From: an uncultured Phycisphaerales bacterium | GTDB lineage: Bacteria > Planctomycetota > Phycisphaerae > Tepidisphaerales > Tepidisphaeraceae | DNA length: 64,000 nucleotides | Direction of reading: 5' to 3' | NCBI GenBank assembly: GCA_963844715.1 | Contig: CAWJPJ010000007.1 | Coordinates: forward strand, 864,001 to 928,000 | In this document: positions 43,160 through 54,080 of the stretch, in pieces | How positions within the stretch are numbered: the first letter of the stretch is position 1 | How the letters are laid out: the number at the start of each line of letters is the position of its first letter | The notes under the pieces: generated by a model | The model's database searches: none | The model's input: only the letters and a program-made list of their open reading frames with translations | What the model was told of the DNA's origin: nothing | Translations under genes and position numbers: made by a program

Positions 43160-44152
43160 ATGGAATTGCAAATCAATTCACACCAAGCGATTGACGCAGC
43201 GCCACATTGCGCTCAACTCGCCTCTCGCGAACGATTGCATAGAATTACTGAAGTTTTAATTGCTATTGTCTTTTTCACCGCCGCAGCTTTTAAGGCATTT
43301 GCACTTTTTGAGCACTCCCAGCCGACTTTTTTATCGCCGTTATTTCAAACACGAATTTCACGCGGACTTCTCGCACAGATCGAATTGGCGATCGCTACGT
43401 GGCTTGCGATTGGCGGCTGGTCTCATGCCCGACTAATAAGCGCTTTGATCTTCCTGGCGGCACTATCAGCCGTGGCGACATATGACGCGGCCCATTCATA
43501 TCCGAGTTGCGGATGTTTCGGATCACTCAAGATTTCCCCCTTGATCACGCTAACGTTCGACGTATTGGCAATCCTAGCTCTTGTGGCCACCCGGCCGCGA
43601 TCACATCGACTTGCATTCACTCCGCCATCTCGTCGTCGGCGGGCAATTGCGGGTGGTTTTTTCCTGGTTTCATCTATGTTCATCTGGGTGGCATGTGCTT
43701 ATAGCCCACATACCCAATCGCAAGCCGGTTCTTTGCCATCAAATGCATCGGACGATGTAATCGTTCTGACGCCACAACTATGGATTAACCAGTCGTGGCC
43801 TTTATTTGCTGACGTTGATCAATCGACTGCGCTCCGCCGCGGCCGATGGCTCATTCTTATGTACCATTACGATTGTGACTCCTGTATTCGAGCGATTGCC
43901 AACTATCGAGCCATAGGCAGATTTAGCATTTCTAATCGGCCAAACATTGCATTCATCGCGATACCGCCCGACGCACCTGTAGACGAAGACCCTGTCCCCG
44001 CCTCGTCGAACTACCTTCGATTAAAACTCACATCTGAGCACGAATGGTTCGCGACAACCCCACTCGCACTGTACTTGGAGAATGGCTTAGTTCGACATGT
44101 CGCCGAAGGAGACGCCGCCGAGAGACCCGATCCCACCTGGTGGCAACCCTAG
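43160..44152 (+). CDS. MauE/DoxX-family membrane protein fused to a thioredoxin-like CxxC domain
   Basis: TM helices with SCGCFG (MauE signature); soluble C-terminal domain with YH.DCDSC and WF.TTP. Confidence 0.75.
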   Translation: MELQINSHQAIDAAPHCAQLASRERLHRITEVLIAIVFFTAAAFKAFALFEHSQPTFLSPLFQTRISRGLLAQIELAIATWLAIGGWSHARLISALIFLAALSAVATYDAAHSYPSCGCFGSLKISPLITLTFDVLAILALVATRPRSHRLAFTPPSRRRRAIAGGFFLVSSMFIWVACAYSPHTQSQAGSLPSNASDDVIVLTPQLWINQSWPLFADVDQSTALRRGRWLILMYHYDCDSCIRAIANYRAIGRFSISNRPNIAFIAIPPDAPVDEDPVPASSNYLRLKLTSEHEWFATTPLALYLENGLVRHVAEGDAAERPDPTWWQP

Positions 44153-44207
44153 CGCCGCGAATACTTGGCTAAAAGTCTCTCTCCTGACTGCAATCGAAAA
44201 ATCCGAT

Positions 44208-45236
44208 TCAATTTCGTTTCATACCTGCAGCAATCTGATCCTCCTGAAAAGTCGCCTGATCTATTTCGGATTTATATTGCAACTGCATCGGCAGATTTGG
44301 CCGGTAACGGCGAACAAAGGCATCATAATAACCTTCAGCTTCGTGGCCCCGGCCCAAATTACAAAGGCTGTCGATCAATGGAGGAAGTGCGTTGGCTGAG
44401 TATTTGTAATCTGGCTGATCTATTACACTCTTAAAGTGAACAATTGCTTCCGCATATCTACCTGAGCGGTAAAGGGCTAATCCAAAGCCCCAATCAAAAG
44501 CATTTCGTTCCCCTTGCTTCATTCCCGCAGGCGAAAGTTTTTCCAGAATTCCCACTGCATCTGATGTCTGTCCTTTCAACATGAAACACTCTGATAGCCC
44601 GATTTTTACATGAGTCATGGACCTCGTGACCGTTGCATCGCCTGGAACATAATGTCGAACCATGTCGGAATAAATACAGAACAAGGTGTTCAACGCTTCG
44701 GTGTGTTGGTCATCTCCGCTTTCGATCAAAGGCCAAAGCACATTTTTATAGTCCTGCATGTGCGCCTGCATGGCTTGAAGAATCGGAAGTGTCCTGGTGG
44801 AAGATCCGTTTGCTGCGAGCAATTCGCTTTCGGCGTGGCTTGCCGCCGTCCGGTAGATGACTTCGCTTGCGCGAGGGTCTTTCGAGACGGTATGGAACGC
44901 CTCCGCAATCGCAAATAAATCAGTAGCCCGCAGAGACGTACTCGACAAGGTCGCTCTCAAATTGGCAAGCATGTCCGCGGAAGAGACAGTGCTCGCGGGC
45001 GATTTCTGAAGCCTGACGACCATCCATTCCCGAAGTCGAGGATCGCCGGAACTCATCGAAACCAACGTATCGCTGTTTGTCGCTTGCGAAGTTCGACCGC
45101 CTGTCGGCAATTCGTCCGATAGTTCTGTAGTCCGTGATTGAAGCAAGAACAGCAGTAGAGCCAAAAAAATAGCCAAGGAGGATAGGATTACGGCTGTTAA
45201 GAGCACACGCCGACGAGCAGCATCAATTCCCATCAA
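44208..45236 (-). CDS. Membrane-anchored TPR-like helical protein
   Basis: N-terminal TM helix; GLALYRSGRYAEAIVHFK TPR-like repeat. Confidence 0.65.
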   Translation of the reverse strand: MMGIDAARRRVLLTAVILSSLAIFLALLLFLLQSRTTELSDELPTGGRTSQATNSDTLVSMSSGDPRLREWMVVRLQKSPASTVSSADMLANLRATLSSTSLRATDLFAIAEAFHTVSKDPRASEVIYRTAASHAESELLAANGSSTRTLPILQAMQAHMQDYKNVLWPLIESGDDQHTEALNTLFCIYSDMVRHYVPGDATVTRSMTHVKIGLSECFMLKGQTSDAVGILEKLSPAGMKQGERNAFDWGFGLALYRSGRYAEAIVHFKSVIDQPDYKYSANALPPLIDSLCNLGRGHEAEGYYDAFVRRYRPNLPMQLQYKSEIDQATFQEDQIAAGMKRN

Positions 45237-45626
45237 ACACCCCGCAATGACTTATAAATGTCCCTACAGAATATCATTTTACGGCGAAATTTACAGAATA
45301 ATCGTCTTTCGAAGTTCCCAACCGACTTGACTGCAATCGGCGTCGTTCTATGCCCTATGGGGTGCAGTCGGGCTGGGGGCCGGCATCGTATGTGTTGCAA
45401 GCGAGTGACAGACATCCGTCTTTTCGCTAGCAACATGTTGGTTTCTGGCGGTATACTATGGGGATAGCTTTTGGAACATTGATTATCGGGAGGGAATGAT
45501 CGCGCATCTAGGGCAATCGTCGGCACGGGACCGCCGTTTGTTCGACAGACCGCGAAACTAGATCCGAACTTCCGCGGTCTCGAAATTCTGAAATAGACGC
45601 AAGTGTGCTGGGAGGAATCCAAAGCC

Positions 45627-47329
45627 ATGGCTTGGCTTTTGCGATGGAAATTTTGGCATTGGACACTCGCGTCAATGGCGCTCGGATGGGTTTTGTCCTA
45701 CTGGTATGGTGGGCGCGTTTTTATTCCTGACGATCCAACGGCGCGAGTCAGTGAAAGCTATTTCTGGCATCAGGTAGACATCTCATCGAACCTTCAGGCC
45801 GCCACAGTCGATCGGATTATCCTTTATCCAATTCACCGCAAGGTCCAACTAATCACATTTGAATTGGTGACACACGACCTCACGCAGAGGTCTGGCGTTG
45901 CATTTCATTTTTTTTACGCAACACATGGCGATATCGAGCCCCGATTGACCGCAGCGCAAATCACTTTTGCTCGCGCTTGGTGGACCTCGCCGGTTTTTGG
46001 CGACCTCTTTTGGGGTGGGGGCACAGTGCTGGTTTTCGGTCTCGCTTGGCCGTTACTCTTATTTGATCTTCGGCGCCGTGGTTTCGGGCCGCCGATAATC
46101 GAGTCGCCAGTAGAGCTGCCCAAATCTCCCCTCAAGCAACAACAGGCCGACCAAATCCCCGCGAAGGCAACTACTGCCACGTACTCAAAACTTACCGTAT
46201 TGGACGCGATGATGGAAAGGAGCCTCTTATTACCCGAGCGACAACACTCACCCTCTCCACAACCACCGGCGGGCAACGTGAGATCGCTTAATACCACTCC
46301 GCTCGATCCACAAATCAGCGAAAAACCCCAGGAAGGGAAGGAATATGAAGGCATCTACTACCCCGTCGAGCATCCTAAATCAAAAAAGCCCGAGGGTTTT
46401 ACTCTAGTCGAACTCCTAGTGGTAATTGGGATTATGGCGATTCTGCTTGGATTGCTACTTCCGGCAATTACAGGTGCAAGATTAGCGGCGATGCAGCTAA
46501 TTTGCACCTCCAACTTACGCGCCATCGGTCAAGGCTTTTCAGTTTATCTAGCGCAGAATGGAGGCACCTATCCGCCCGCCTACACTTACGTGGGCGAGAC
46601 AATTCAAAACGGTATTGAACAGCCCACAGAGCCGAATCAAGGACATCTTCACTGGAGTTGGTACTTGTTCAAAACGGGCGGCGTTCCGGCAGAGTCGTTT
46701 CAATGCCCATCGCTCGATCAAGGGGGCCTCCCACCTGAACAGACCACGCCCGACAACTTGGAGCCCGGGCAGGCGAATTTGGCACCGCCGGATCAACAAG
46801 CTTTCCGCCTAGCCTATACCGTTAATGAAGCAATTGTTCCGCGAAATAAATTCGTTCTTGGCTTTCAAGGCGCGGTTCGTTATTACCAATACGTCAAAGC
46901 GAATCAGGTCACACATCCGAGCCAGACGATTTTAGCAACTGAGTGGGGCCCTGCCGGTGCGCGCGTTCCCCGCGACCGGAACCTCGGGCTACTTTCGCGT
47001 CCAAAGTCATCGTCCTGTTGCAGGATATGTTACGGGCTCAGGAATACTTGATTTCTATAATCTCCCGCCCGGAGCCGCGGTTTCGGCCGGCTACAGCGTC
47101 AGACCTCGATCCCGACCCCGACAGCACTACGGGCTTCACACATGTGGAGCTTGATTGGGTGGGACGTAACCATGGTCTCCGCGCGGGTTACCCAGATGAT
47201 CGCCGTACGAATTTTCTCTACGTTGATGGACACGTCGAGTTGAAAAGTATCTATGAAACTCTCGCACCATTCCAATGGGGTGAACAGTTTTGGAGCCTTA
47301 ATCCGCGAAATGATCAAGAAACTCCGTAA
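45627..47329 (+). CDS. DUF1559-type prepilin/H-X9-DG protein with an N-terminal membrane extension (indels near 46960-47050)
   Basis: Internal GFTLVELLVVIGIMAILLGLLLPA...C.SNLR.IG, FQCPS; C-terminal NH...TNFLYVDGHVE. Confidence 0.8.
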
Positions 47330-47650
47330 CAGCCCGCAGACCATTCCCCGCAACGATTATCCACATCCAACGGCTGTTACGCCATGTCTACGATGCACAA
47401 GTATACTGTCGCCGCCCCAATCGATTCCAGCGACGGGTACCGCGGATGTTGAGGCGATCGTGCGGCCAGTGAATCGGTTTGCTTCGACCGTCAAGCCTTC
47501 TTAACGACCGACGACCCTCAAATGCCACCGCTGTCGCTCAACGTTATGGCGCAAATTCAAAGAACAATCCAAACCTATCGAGTTTTCGAATGTATTGGAT
47601 GAAATGCTTCACTTCGCTACCATGGTGTCCCTAAACAATGGAGGAATTGG

Positions 47651-47878
47651 ATGGCGCTTCGCGTGATTGTGCGGATCGATCTTCCGCCGGCCGCTCGCCA
47701 GCGGTTTACGAAAGTGCCGGATCAATTCGGCATGACTCAAGTGGCGGTGAATAGCCGACTGCTGGAGTGGATGACCAGGCAACCGGAGGAGATTCAAGCG
47801 TCGGTTTTGGGCCTCATGCCCCGCCAAGCAGAGAAAGAAGTTGCGCACGAATTTTTGAAGCAGATGGCACAACAGTAA
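47651..47878 (+). CDS. Small hypothetical protein, possibly RHH-like regulator
   Basis: GGAGG RBS; VIVRIDL strand followed by helices GMTQVAV.SRLLEW. Confidence 0.55.
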   Translation: MALRVIVRIDLPPAARQRFTKVPDQFGMTQVAVNSRLLEWMTRQPEEIQASVLGLMPRQAEKEVAHEFLKQMAQQ

Positions 47879-48244
47879 CAAACCGGTTGTTGTTATATTA
47901 ATCAAATCATCAATTACTCACAGCGGTGCGGGTCACTTGCGCTCTGATTCCACGCGCTGGCGGCCCATAAAGCTGTGAGAGTCATTGATCACATTGGCTA
48001 AGATAAGCAATTCGTCCGAATCGGATGCTACTGCCGATCGTTCATTCGATGCGTCTAAGCATCCCTTGGGATACATTCTTCACTTGGCAAGCCAAAGACC
48101 CGCTTGGGGAACTCCAGCACAACCACTCGCATCGCGAGGAGAAAAGCCATGACCAACTGAATCATCGCGCCCTCCTGCACGAAAACAAAAAACTATAGCA
48201 CCGCCGGACGCGGCAGCGCTAATCAAGGTTTCATTGGTGCTTAT

Positions 48245-49199
48245 TCAACTGTCAATGGCTTCGATGCGGTATTCGCTTCCATCGAATCCTGTGACTTTGC
48301 TGATGGACTCGATGCGCCGGCCCTCGTGCGTGCGGCGGATGAATACGATTATTCCGATCGTGCGAGCGATGGCCCGGCGCGGAACGTGACGCGAGACCTC
48401 TCCGATCAAATCTTCCAGCCGAGACAGTGCATCTTCGGCGCTGTTGGCGTGAAGGGTTGCCAGTCCACCCGGATGTCCCGTGTTCCATGCCTTCAGCAGC
48501 GCGCACGCTTCGCCACCGCGCACTTCGCCCACGATAATCCGATCTGGCGCAGCGCAAAGCGCAGCGCACCAGTTCCTCCATCGTCACCGGCGGATCGGTC
48601 GGCTTGGTGAGCAGTTCCACGCGATCGGGAGAACTGCATTGCAATTCGCGGGTATCCTCGATGAGCACCAGCCGATCCCCGGCGAATGCCGCCTCGGCTA
48701 ATACGGCATTGGCTAAAGTGGTTTTGCCTGACCCGGTGCCCCCGGCGATGAGGAGGTTGTCCCGCCGGTCGGCAGCGTCGCGGATCGTGCGGGCTTGAGT
48801 TGCGGTCATAATTCCCTGCCGCACATAATCATCCAAGGTGAAGATCAGTTCCGCCCGTTTGCGGATGCAAAACACGGGACGCTCCGTCACCGGCGGAAGT
48901 TGCCCCTGGAAGCGCTGGCCGGTATGAGGCAGCGTCCCACTGAGCAGTGGGCGATGCCGGCCCACGGCTTCGCCGACGTGATCGGCCACCAGACGGATGA
49001 CCGATTCGGCGCGAGATGCTTCGATACTGCCAATGCGCGAGCGACCCTCACCGGCTCGGTCAATCCACACCTGCCCATCGGCATTGGCCATCACTTCGAC
49101 CACGCGCGGGTCATCCAACACTTGCAGGATGGCTGATCCCAGGGCGGCGCGGAGCATGTCATCGAATCGATCCGTTGATGGATTATTTGCCGTTGCCAT
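48245..49199 (-). CDS. trbB: TrbB/VirB11 ATPase (indel near 48550)
   Basis: LRAALG..I...L.D..VVEVM.N.DG, GGTGSGKTT, IEDTRELQC, GEVRG.EA..LLKAWNTGHPGG..T.HAN. Confidence 0.92.
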
Positions 49200-49710
49200 C
49201 GGATTCCTCTTTCATCTCGCCTGTTTGAAGTTCGCCGAACTCCGATAGACGCTCATCCGCGTCGGTCGTATCCTCTGGCGCCGCGACGGCCGGCTCCGGC
49301 ATCAGTTCCAGCGCCGAAGGTCCTGATCCGGCATGCTCCGCCAAAATCTCCAGAAAGCGGGCAAAGCGCAGCTGGCCATCCGCCGCGGCGGCTTCACGAT
49401 GCTCTTCCGGCATGCCGGGCGTGTGGTTGTAAAACGTGCGGACAAACAGCGCCAGCATCTCTCGAATCACGCGCAGCTCCTGGCTCGTGCGCTTGGAGTG
49501 GTTGTGAACGTGCCAGTGCAGGCGGTCCAGGTTCTGTGCCACCACTTGCTGGCGCTGGTCCTGCTGCTCGGGGCTGAAGAACTGACTGAGCGCCAGACTC
49601 ATCACCTGCGAGCGGGATCGGTTCGGATGCGCCTGGCAGTAGCGGGTTAAGGACTCAAAAACCTCCGGGTCAATCGTGCCGGATACCAGAACCTTGTTCT
49701 TTGTTTTCAT
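49183..49710 (-). CDS. CopG/RHH-like protein
   Basis: SRSQV...AL..F.SP; E.LALFVR...TP...A.G..RF..F; usual position between traG and trbB. Confidence 0.7.
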   Translation of the reverse strand: MKTKNKVLVSGTIDPEVFESLTRYCQAHPNRSRSQVMSLALSQFFSPEQQDQRQQVVAQNLDRLHWHVHNHSKRTSQELRVIREMLALFVRTFYNHTPGMPEEHREAAAADGQLRFARFLEILAEHAGSGPSALELMPEPAVAAPEDTTDADERLSEFGELQTGEMKEESDGNGK

Positions 49711-51584
49711 CAGTAAAACCCTCCGACTCTCCTGCCCTGATCCTCTGGTGGATTGTCAATGGAAGCTGGCCGAGGTGCCATCGCCGGCGCCTCATCCTCC
49801 CCTCCGCCAATCCGCAGGTCCGGCGGCAGAGGCAAGGGCGGACCTTTGGGCCGCTCCTCGCGCCAGTCGTTATTGCCGGCGGCGGCGCTCTTAAGTTGCG
49901 GTGAGGTGTTTGAGGAATCCGGCGACGCGATGACGCGCTGGGCCAGGGCTGTGTGCTCGTAATACCGCAACTTGTCGGTGCGGAAGGGCTTGAACCCGGT
50001 TACGAATATCAACTGCTGGTCATTGGGCAGCGTGCGGATTTCCCCAGGATGCAGTAGGGGCCTGACCTGCTCGCTGTGGCTGATGTTGCGCCGGCCCACG
50101 CCGACTACCATCTGCGGGCGGCTGTAGCTGGCGCGGTATTCAACCTTCTCCCCGGTCATCTGACTTGTCCGCTGCTGTGTCACCGTGTCGGCCGAGGCAA
50201 AGCAACACAGGAGATGGCAATTGTCGATAATCGTGTTGTGCGGGCCGTAGTGCTCGACAATATCGTTGAAGCTTTGGACAACCAATTGGCTCTTAATTCC
50301 ATACCCGGCCATCTGTCGCAGATTCATGGAGAAGAACTCCAGCCGCCCCAGTGTCGGGAACTCATCGAGCAGCATCAGCAGTCGGTGCTTCTTCTTTCGT
50401 CCACGCGAGTCGGTGTCTCGATGCTCCATCAGCGCTCGCGCTGCCTGGTTAAGCATTAGGCGGACCAGCGGCCGCATACGGTCGGCATCCGAAGGGGGAG
50501 GCTGCAAATAGAGCGTGAACGGTCTGTCCAGGCACATGAGATCGCCAATGGCGAAGTCACTGCGGCTGGTTACCTGACAGATTACCTCATCCGCCCACAG
50601 GGTCATGTGCCCTTCGGCGGTTCCGCGGACACTGGAGCGGAAGCGCTCGGCCTGACTGAGCAGCGATTTGGCTACGCGGCCGATCTCCGGATAGACCTGG
50701 GGCTGGCCCGTATGAGGGTCCAGACGATGCGGCGTGGTCATCATCGCCACACACGTATTGTCAAAATCGAGCAATAGCTGCCGCACGCGGCCCAGGTTTT
50801 TTTGCTCTGGGGGCTCGCTGTAGAGCACGTGTAATACAAGAGCGACAAGGAATTGGCTGGCGTTCTGGTCCCACACGTCCAGCGTGCGCTTGGAGCCGTC
50901 GGGGTTCACCAGCATTTCCACTAGGTTCTGCACATCGCGAATCTCGTGAGGGCCTTTGCGGACCTCCAACAATGGATTAAAGCGGGCGCTATCCAGCCGT
51001 GTTGGGTTGAAGAGCACGCAGTGCTGATAGCGGGAGCGATAGCCCGCAGTGGCCTGCCATAGTTCTCCCTTCACGTCATAGGCGATTGCACTGTCCGGCC
51101 AGCACAGAAGCGTGGGGACGACATGACCGACGCCTTTGCCGCTGCGGGACGCACCGCTGACGATCTGGTGCTCCGGCCCATCGTAGGTCAGCAGCTTGCC
51201 TCGATGGATTCCAACGACCGTACCGCGGCACTTGAGCAGACCGGCGCGTTTCATGTTGCGCCTGGTTCCCCACCCTTCGATCCCGAATGTTTTGACCTGA
51301 AAGCGCCCGCCGCCCCCGATTATCGCGGCCAACGCCGATACAACGCTCGCGTAAAGCAGGAAAGCGGCGATTGCTATATCCGTCGCCGGCGAGCGCATCG
51401 GTGAACTGGCCATCGTCCAACTGAGCAGCGCCCATGGCACGTACAACGTCCAGCCGTTGCCACGATACAAGCCGCCGCTGAGCATCGCCGCATCGTTCAT
51501 CTGTCTTGCCGCGCATTGGGTGGCGACCCACAGGCCGGTTACCAGCAAGCTCAACAGAAGTGAGAATTTGAACAGACGCATCAT
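49710..51584 (-). CDS. traG: Type IV coupling protein TraG/VirD4
   Basis: GPEH, RSGKGVG.V.PTLL.W, D.KGE.W..TAG.R, RFNPL.EVR, LDEFP.LG.L.FF, MAGYG. Confidence 0.93.
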   Translation of the reverse strand: MMRLFKFSLLLSLLVTGLWVATQCAARQMNDAAMLSGGLYRGNGWTLYVPWALLSWTMASSPMRSPATDIAIAAFLLYASVVSALAAIIGGGGRFQVKTFGIEGWGTRRNMKRAGLLKCRGTVVGIHRGKLLTYDGPEHQIVSGASRSGKGVGHVVPTLLCWPDSAIAYDVKGELWQATAGYRSRYQHCVLFNPTRLDSARFNPLLEVRKGPHEIRDVQNLVEMLVNPDGSKRTLDVWDQNASQFLVALVLHVLYSEPPEQKNLGRVRQLLLDFDNTCVAMMTTPHRLDPHTGQPQVYPEIGRVAKSLLSQAERFRSSVRGTAEGHMTLWADEVICQVTSRSDFAIGDLMCLDRPFTLYLQPPPSDADRMRPLVRLMLNQAARALMEHRDTDSRGRKKKHRLLMLLDEFPTLGRLEFFSMNLRQMAGYGIKSQLVVQSFNDIVEHYGPHNTIIDNCHLLCCFASADTVTQQRTSQMTGEKVEYRASYSRPQMVVGVGRRNISHSEQVRPLLHPGEIRTLPNDQQLIFVTGFKPFRTDKLRYYEHTALAQRVIASPDSSNTSPQLKSAAAGNNDWREERPKGPPLPLPPDLRIGGGEDEAPAMAPRPASIDNPPEDQGRRVGGFY

Positions 51585-53333
51585 TTACTCCCGCTCCGCT
51601 TCCCGGGATTTCTTCTGTTGCAGCGTGCTGACAATCTTTCCGCGCCCGTTGGCATCCACCGACGCGCTCACGGCCGCTCCGGGATTGGCCCGCGGCACTT
51701 GGCGGATAGGCACGAAGTGAGTCTGGCCACGGCCGGTGACGGCAGCGAAGAGGCCCGCGTGCAGGGACACAGTGCCGCCGTAGATGCCGGTGAGCTGACC
51801 TCCTGGCGGAAAAGAATGGATCTGATTGCCAAAGCGCCGAAGCGAGGCGGGTGCGACCGCCTGCAATTCGCGCGCCTGGAGCGATTGCTGTGCGTTAGGA
51901 CGCAACTGATATCGTCCCTCCTGCAATTGCGCATAGCCGTGTTCCGCCATCCAGCGCCGGCGCGACTGGGCCGCCCGCTGCAGCGCTGGATCAGATGTCA
52001 CGATCGTTTCTTTCCCCAAAGATCGCAGATGCAGTTGTCGATCCAGCCAGGTCCAGGCCTCGGCTTCGACCTGGCTCTGGATGGAGCGAGCGGAAAGGAT
52101 TTCCACGATCCCGTATCCTCGCCCCGCGGGCCGTCGTTGTTTTTCCGATTGACGCTGACTCTGTGCGGGACGAAGTCGGACAAGACTTCCCTCTTCCAGG
52201 ACCCGTAGGGCGTGAGGATTGACCGGGCGGACGTAGAGTACTCGTCCGTGCGCGTCCTCTATGGCCAAAAATCGCCGGTCGCGCACCTCGTCATGAGAAC
52301 CCATGCTCACCACGCGGCCGGTGAGTTCTTTGCCGTCATAGAAGGCCACGGCGCCGCTGCGCGGACCGAGCCTGGCATAGAGGCTCTTGATGATGTCATT
52401 ACGCTTGGCCAGGTCGCGCAGCTTGGGCTTCAGCTCCGCGTCCACGGTCCAGCGTCCCAGGCGATCCCTGCTGGCCAGCCCCAGGCGCTCCAAGTGCTGT
52501 AACCGCGCCGCCACGCGGCGGCGCAGCCGGTCCTTTGCCAACTCTCCTTTACCGCTCAAGCGCAGGCGACGTTCCCCGTCCACGTGCCGCTCGATTACGG
52601 CATCCAGAGATGTATACCGCTGCGCGGAAAGCTCCTTTTGTATCGACTCCCGGACCTGCTCGGCGGTGCGCGGGCCAATCCAGCGCGTGGCGATCTCCTG
52701 GGCCGCCTGGCGCATGCCATGTTTGATGTACGGGCTGGGGATCACCAAATCTGTTCCATCCCGCCGTTTGCCCCGAACCAGCACATGGGCGTGCAGGTCA
52801 TCCGTGTTGTGATGGTTGATCGCTAGCCAATCCAGCTTCGTTCCTAAGTCCCGCTCGGCCTGGGCCAGTAGCTCTCGCATATAGCCTCGCAGGCCGTCGG
52901 ATTGCCGCTCGATCTGGTCCGCTCGCTCCGGCGAGATAATGAAGTGAAAATGATGGCGATCCTCCTCCCACTGGCGCACCCGAGTCCTGGCATCTACGTC
53001 CTCTTCCGTCGCGTCATAAAAGCGGCCGGTCTTGCCGTCCAGTGATGCCGAGTCGCGGGCCAGATAAGTTTGGTGCGCCCGCAGCACGCCTCGCGCCTCG
53101 CCGGACCTCGGAACGGTGTAAGAGGCCTTAATCACCACACGCTGCTGTTGCGGCCCGGCGGCGCCGGCCCGGCGGCTGACGGAACGTCTGCCGACGCGGT
53201 ACATCCACTGCGTGACGCTGCCGATCCGGCCTTTGAACTCCCAGTGGGCGCCGGCCGATTGGCGTCGCCGCCGGCCGGTGCGGATTTTCAGTTCGTCTTC
53301 GACCTCTCGCATCGTGGTTATGCGGCTCGTCAT
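51585..53333 (-). CDS. VirD2-like (MOBP) relaxase with DUF3363-like C-terminus
   Basis: QRVVIKA, H.TYL.RD, DRHHFHFIISPE, DLGTKLDW.A..HHNT...HAHVLVRG (HUH), YI.HGMR, TWLDR. Confidence 0.9.
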   Translation of the reverse strand: MTSRITTMREVEDELKIRTGRRRRQSAGAHWEFKGRIGSVTQWMYRVGRRSVSRRAGAAGPQQQRVVIKASYTVPRSGEARGVLRAHQTYLARDSASLDGKTGRFYDATEEDVDARTRVRQWEEDRHHFHFIISPERADQIERQSDGLRGYMRELLAQAERDLGTKLDWLAINHHNTDDLHAHVLVRGKRRDGTDLVIPSPYIKHGMRQAAQEIATRWIGPRTAEQVRESIQKELSAQRYTSLDAVIERHVDGERRLRLSGKGELAKDRLRRRVAARLQHLERLGLASRDRLGRWTVDAELKPKLRDLAKRNDIIKSLYARLGPRSGAVAFYDGKELTGRVVSMGSHDEVRDRRFLAIEDAHGRVLYVRPVNPHALRVLEEGSLVRLRPAQSQRQSEKQRRPAGRGYGIVEILSARSIQSQVEAEAWTWLDRQLHLRSLGKETIVTSDPALQRAAQSRRRWMAEHGYAQLQEGRYQLRPNAQQSLQARELQAVAPASLRRFGNQIHSFPPGGQLTGIYGGTVSLHAGLFAAVTGRGQTHFVPIRQVPRANPGAAVSASVDANGRGKIVSTLQQKKSREAERE

Positions 53334-54080
53334 GGTTTGTCTCCTAAAATGCCACGCTGATAGCGATAATTGCTTATCTGCCTGACACTTATGTCATTGA
53401 TATATAAGCGTCTTGCCAGGCTATTAGCTGTAAGTCCTTGTGGCTCAATCGCTTCAATGTCCGGCTGATAGCCGGCTTTTATCTTGCCCTGCGTTGAGAA
53501 CAGAATTTCCCCGATTGTCACCGATTCTTTTTTACCCATGTCGATGTGCGACGAAGGGTCTGATTCATCCGCGAATGAAAAACTGATGCCGACTTTGCGG
53601 TACACGCCTAGGACTTGATCGGTATGGATTGGGCCGAAGTAGCGGCTATCGAAGCTGCGTACGGCGGCGGAGCCGACGAGCAGTTCATCGGCGGCGAGTC
53701 TGCGCGGCTGACCAGTGCGGCAGCGGCCGACCAGCGGAATCGAAAGCGGCAATGGGACCTACACGAAAGCCGTTGACGCGCAGCTCGCCGTCCAGCGTCG
53801 AGACAAAGTCGCCGCCGGCGGCCAGCACGTGCTTAAGCAGGATCAGATTCGTCGGCTCACCCCGCAGACGCGTATAGGAATAGGCGCTGGCGGGCAGCGC
53901 AAACGCGACAATACTGCCGCGCTGAATACGACCGCCATGGTAAAGATAGAAGCCAATTGGAACACTCGGCGTGCGGTTGTAAATCACCAGCGGCGGATGC
54001 GGCAGCGACGCGCTGGCAATCAGCGCAGCGATAACGCCTGCGATGACCCGCATACGGCGGAGGCCTCGATCAATTCTCAT
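53330..54080 (-). CDS. traF: TraF-like S26 pilin peptidase (indel near 53700; 3' end uncertain)
   Basis: YN.TPSVPIGFY, LLKHV.A..GD, D..GRPLP.W, SFDSRYFGP. Confidence 0.82.
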
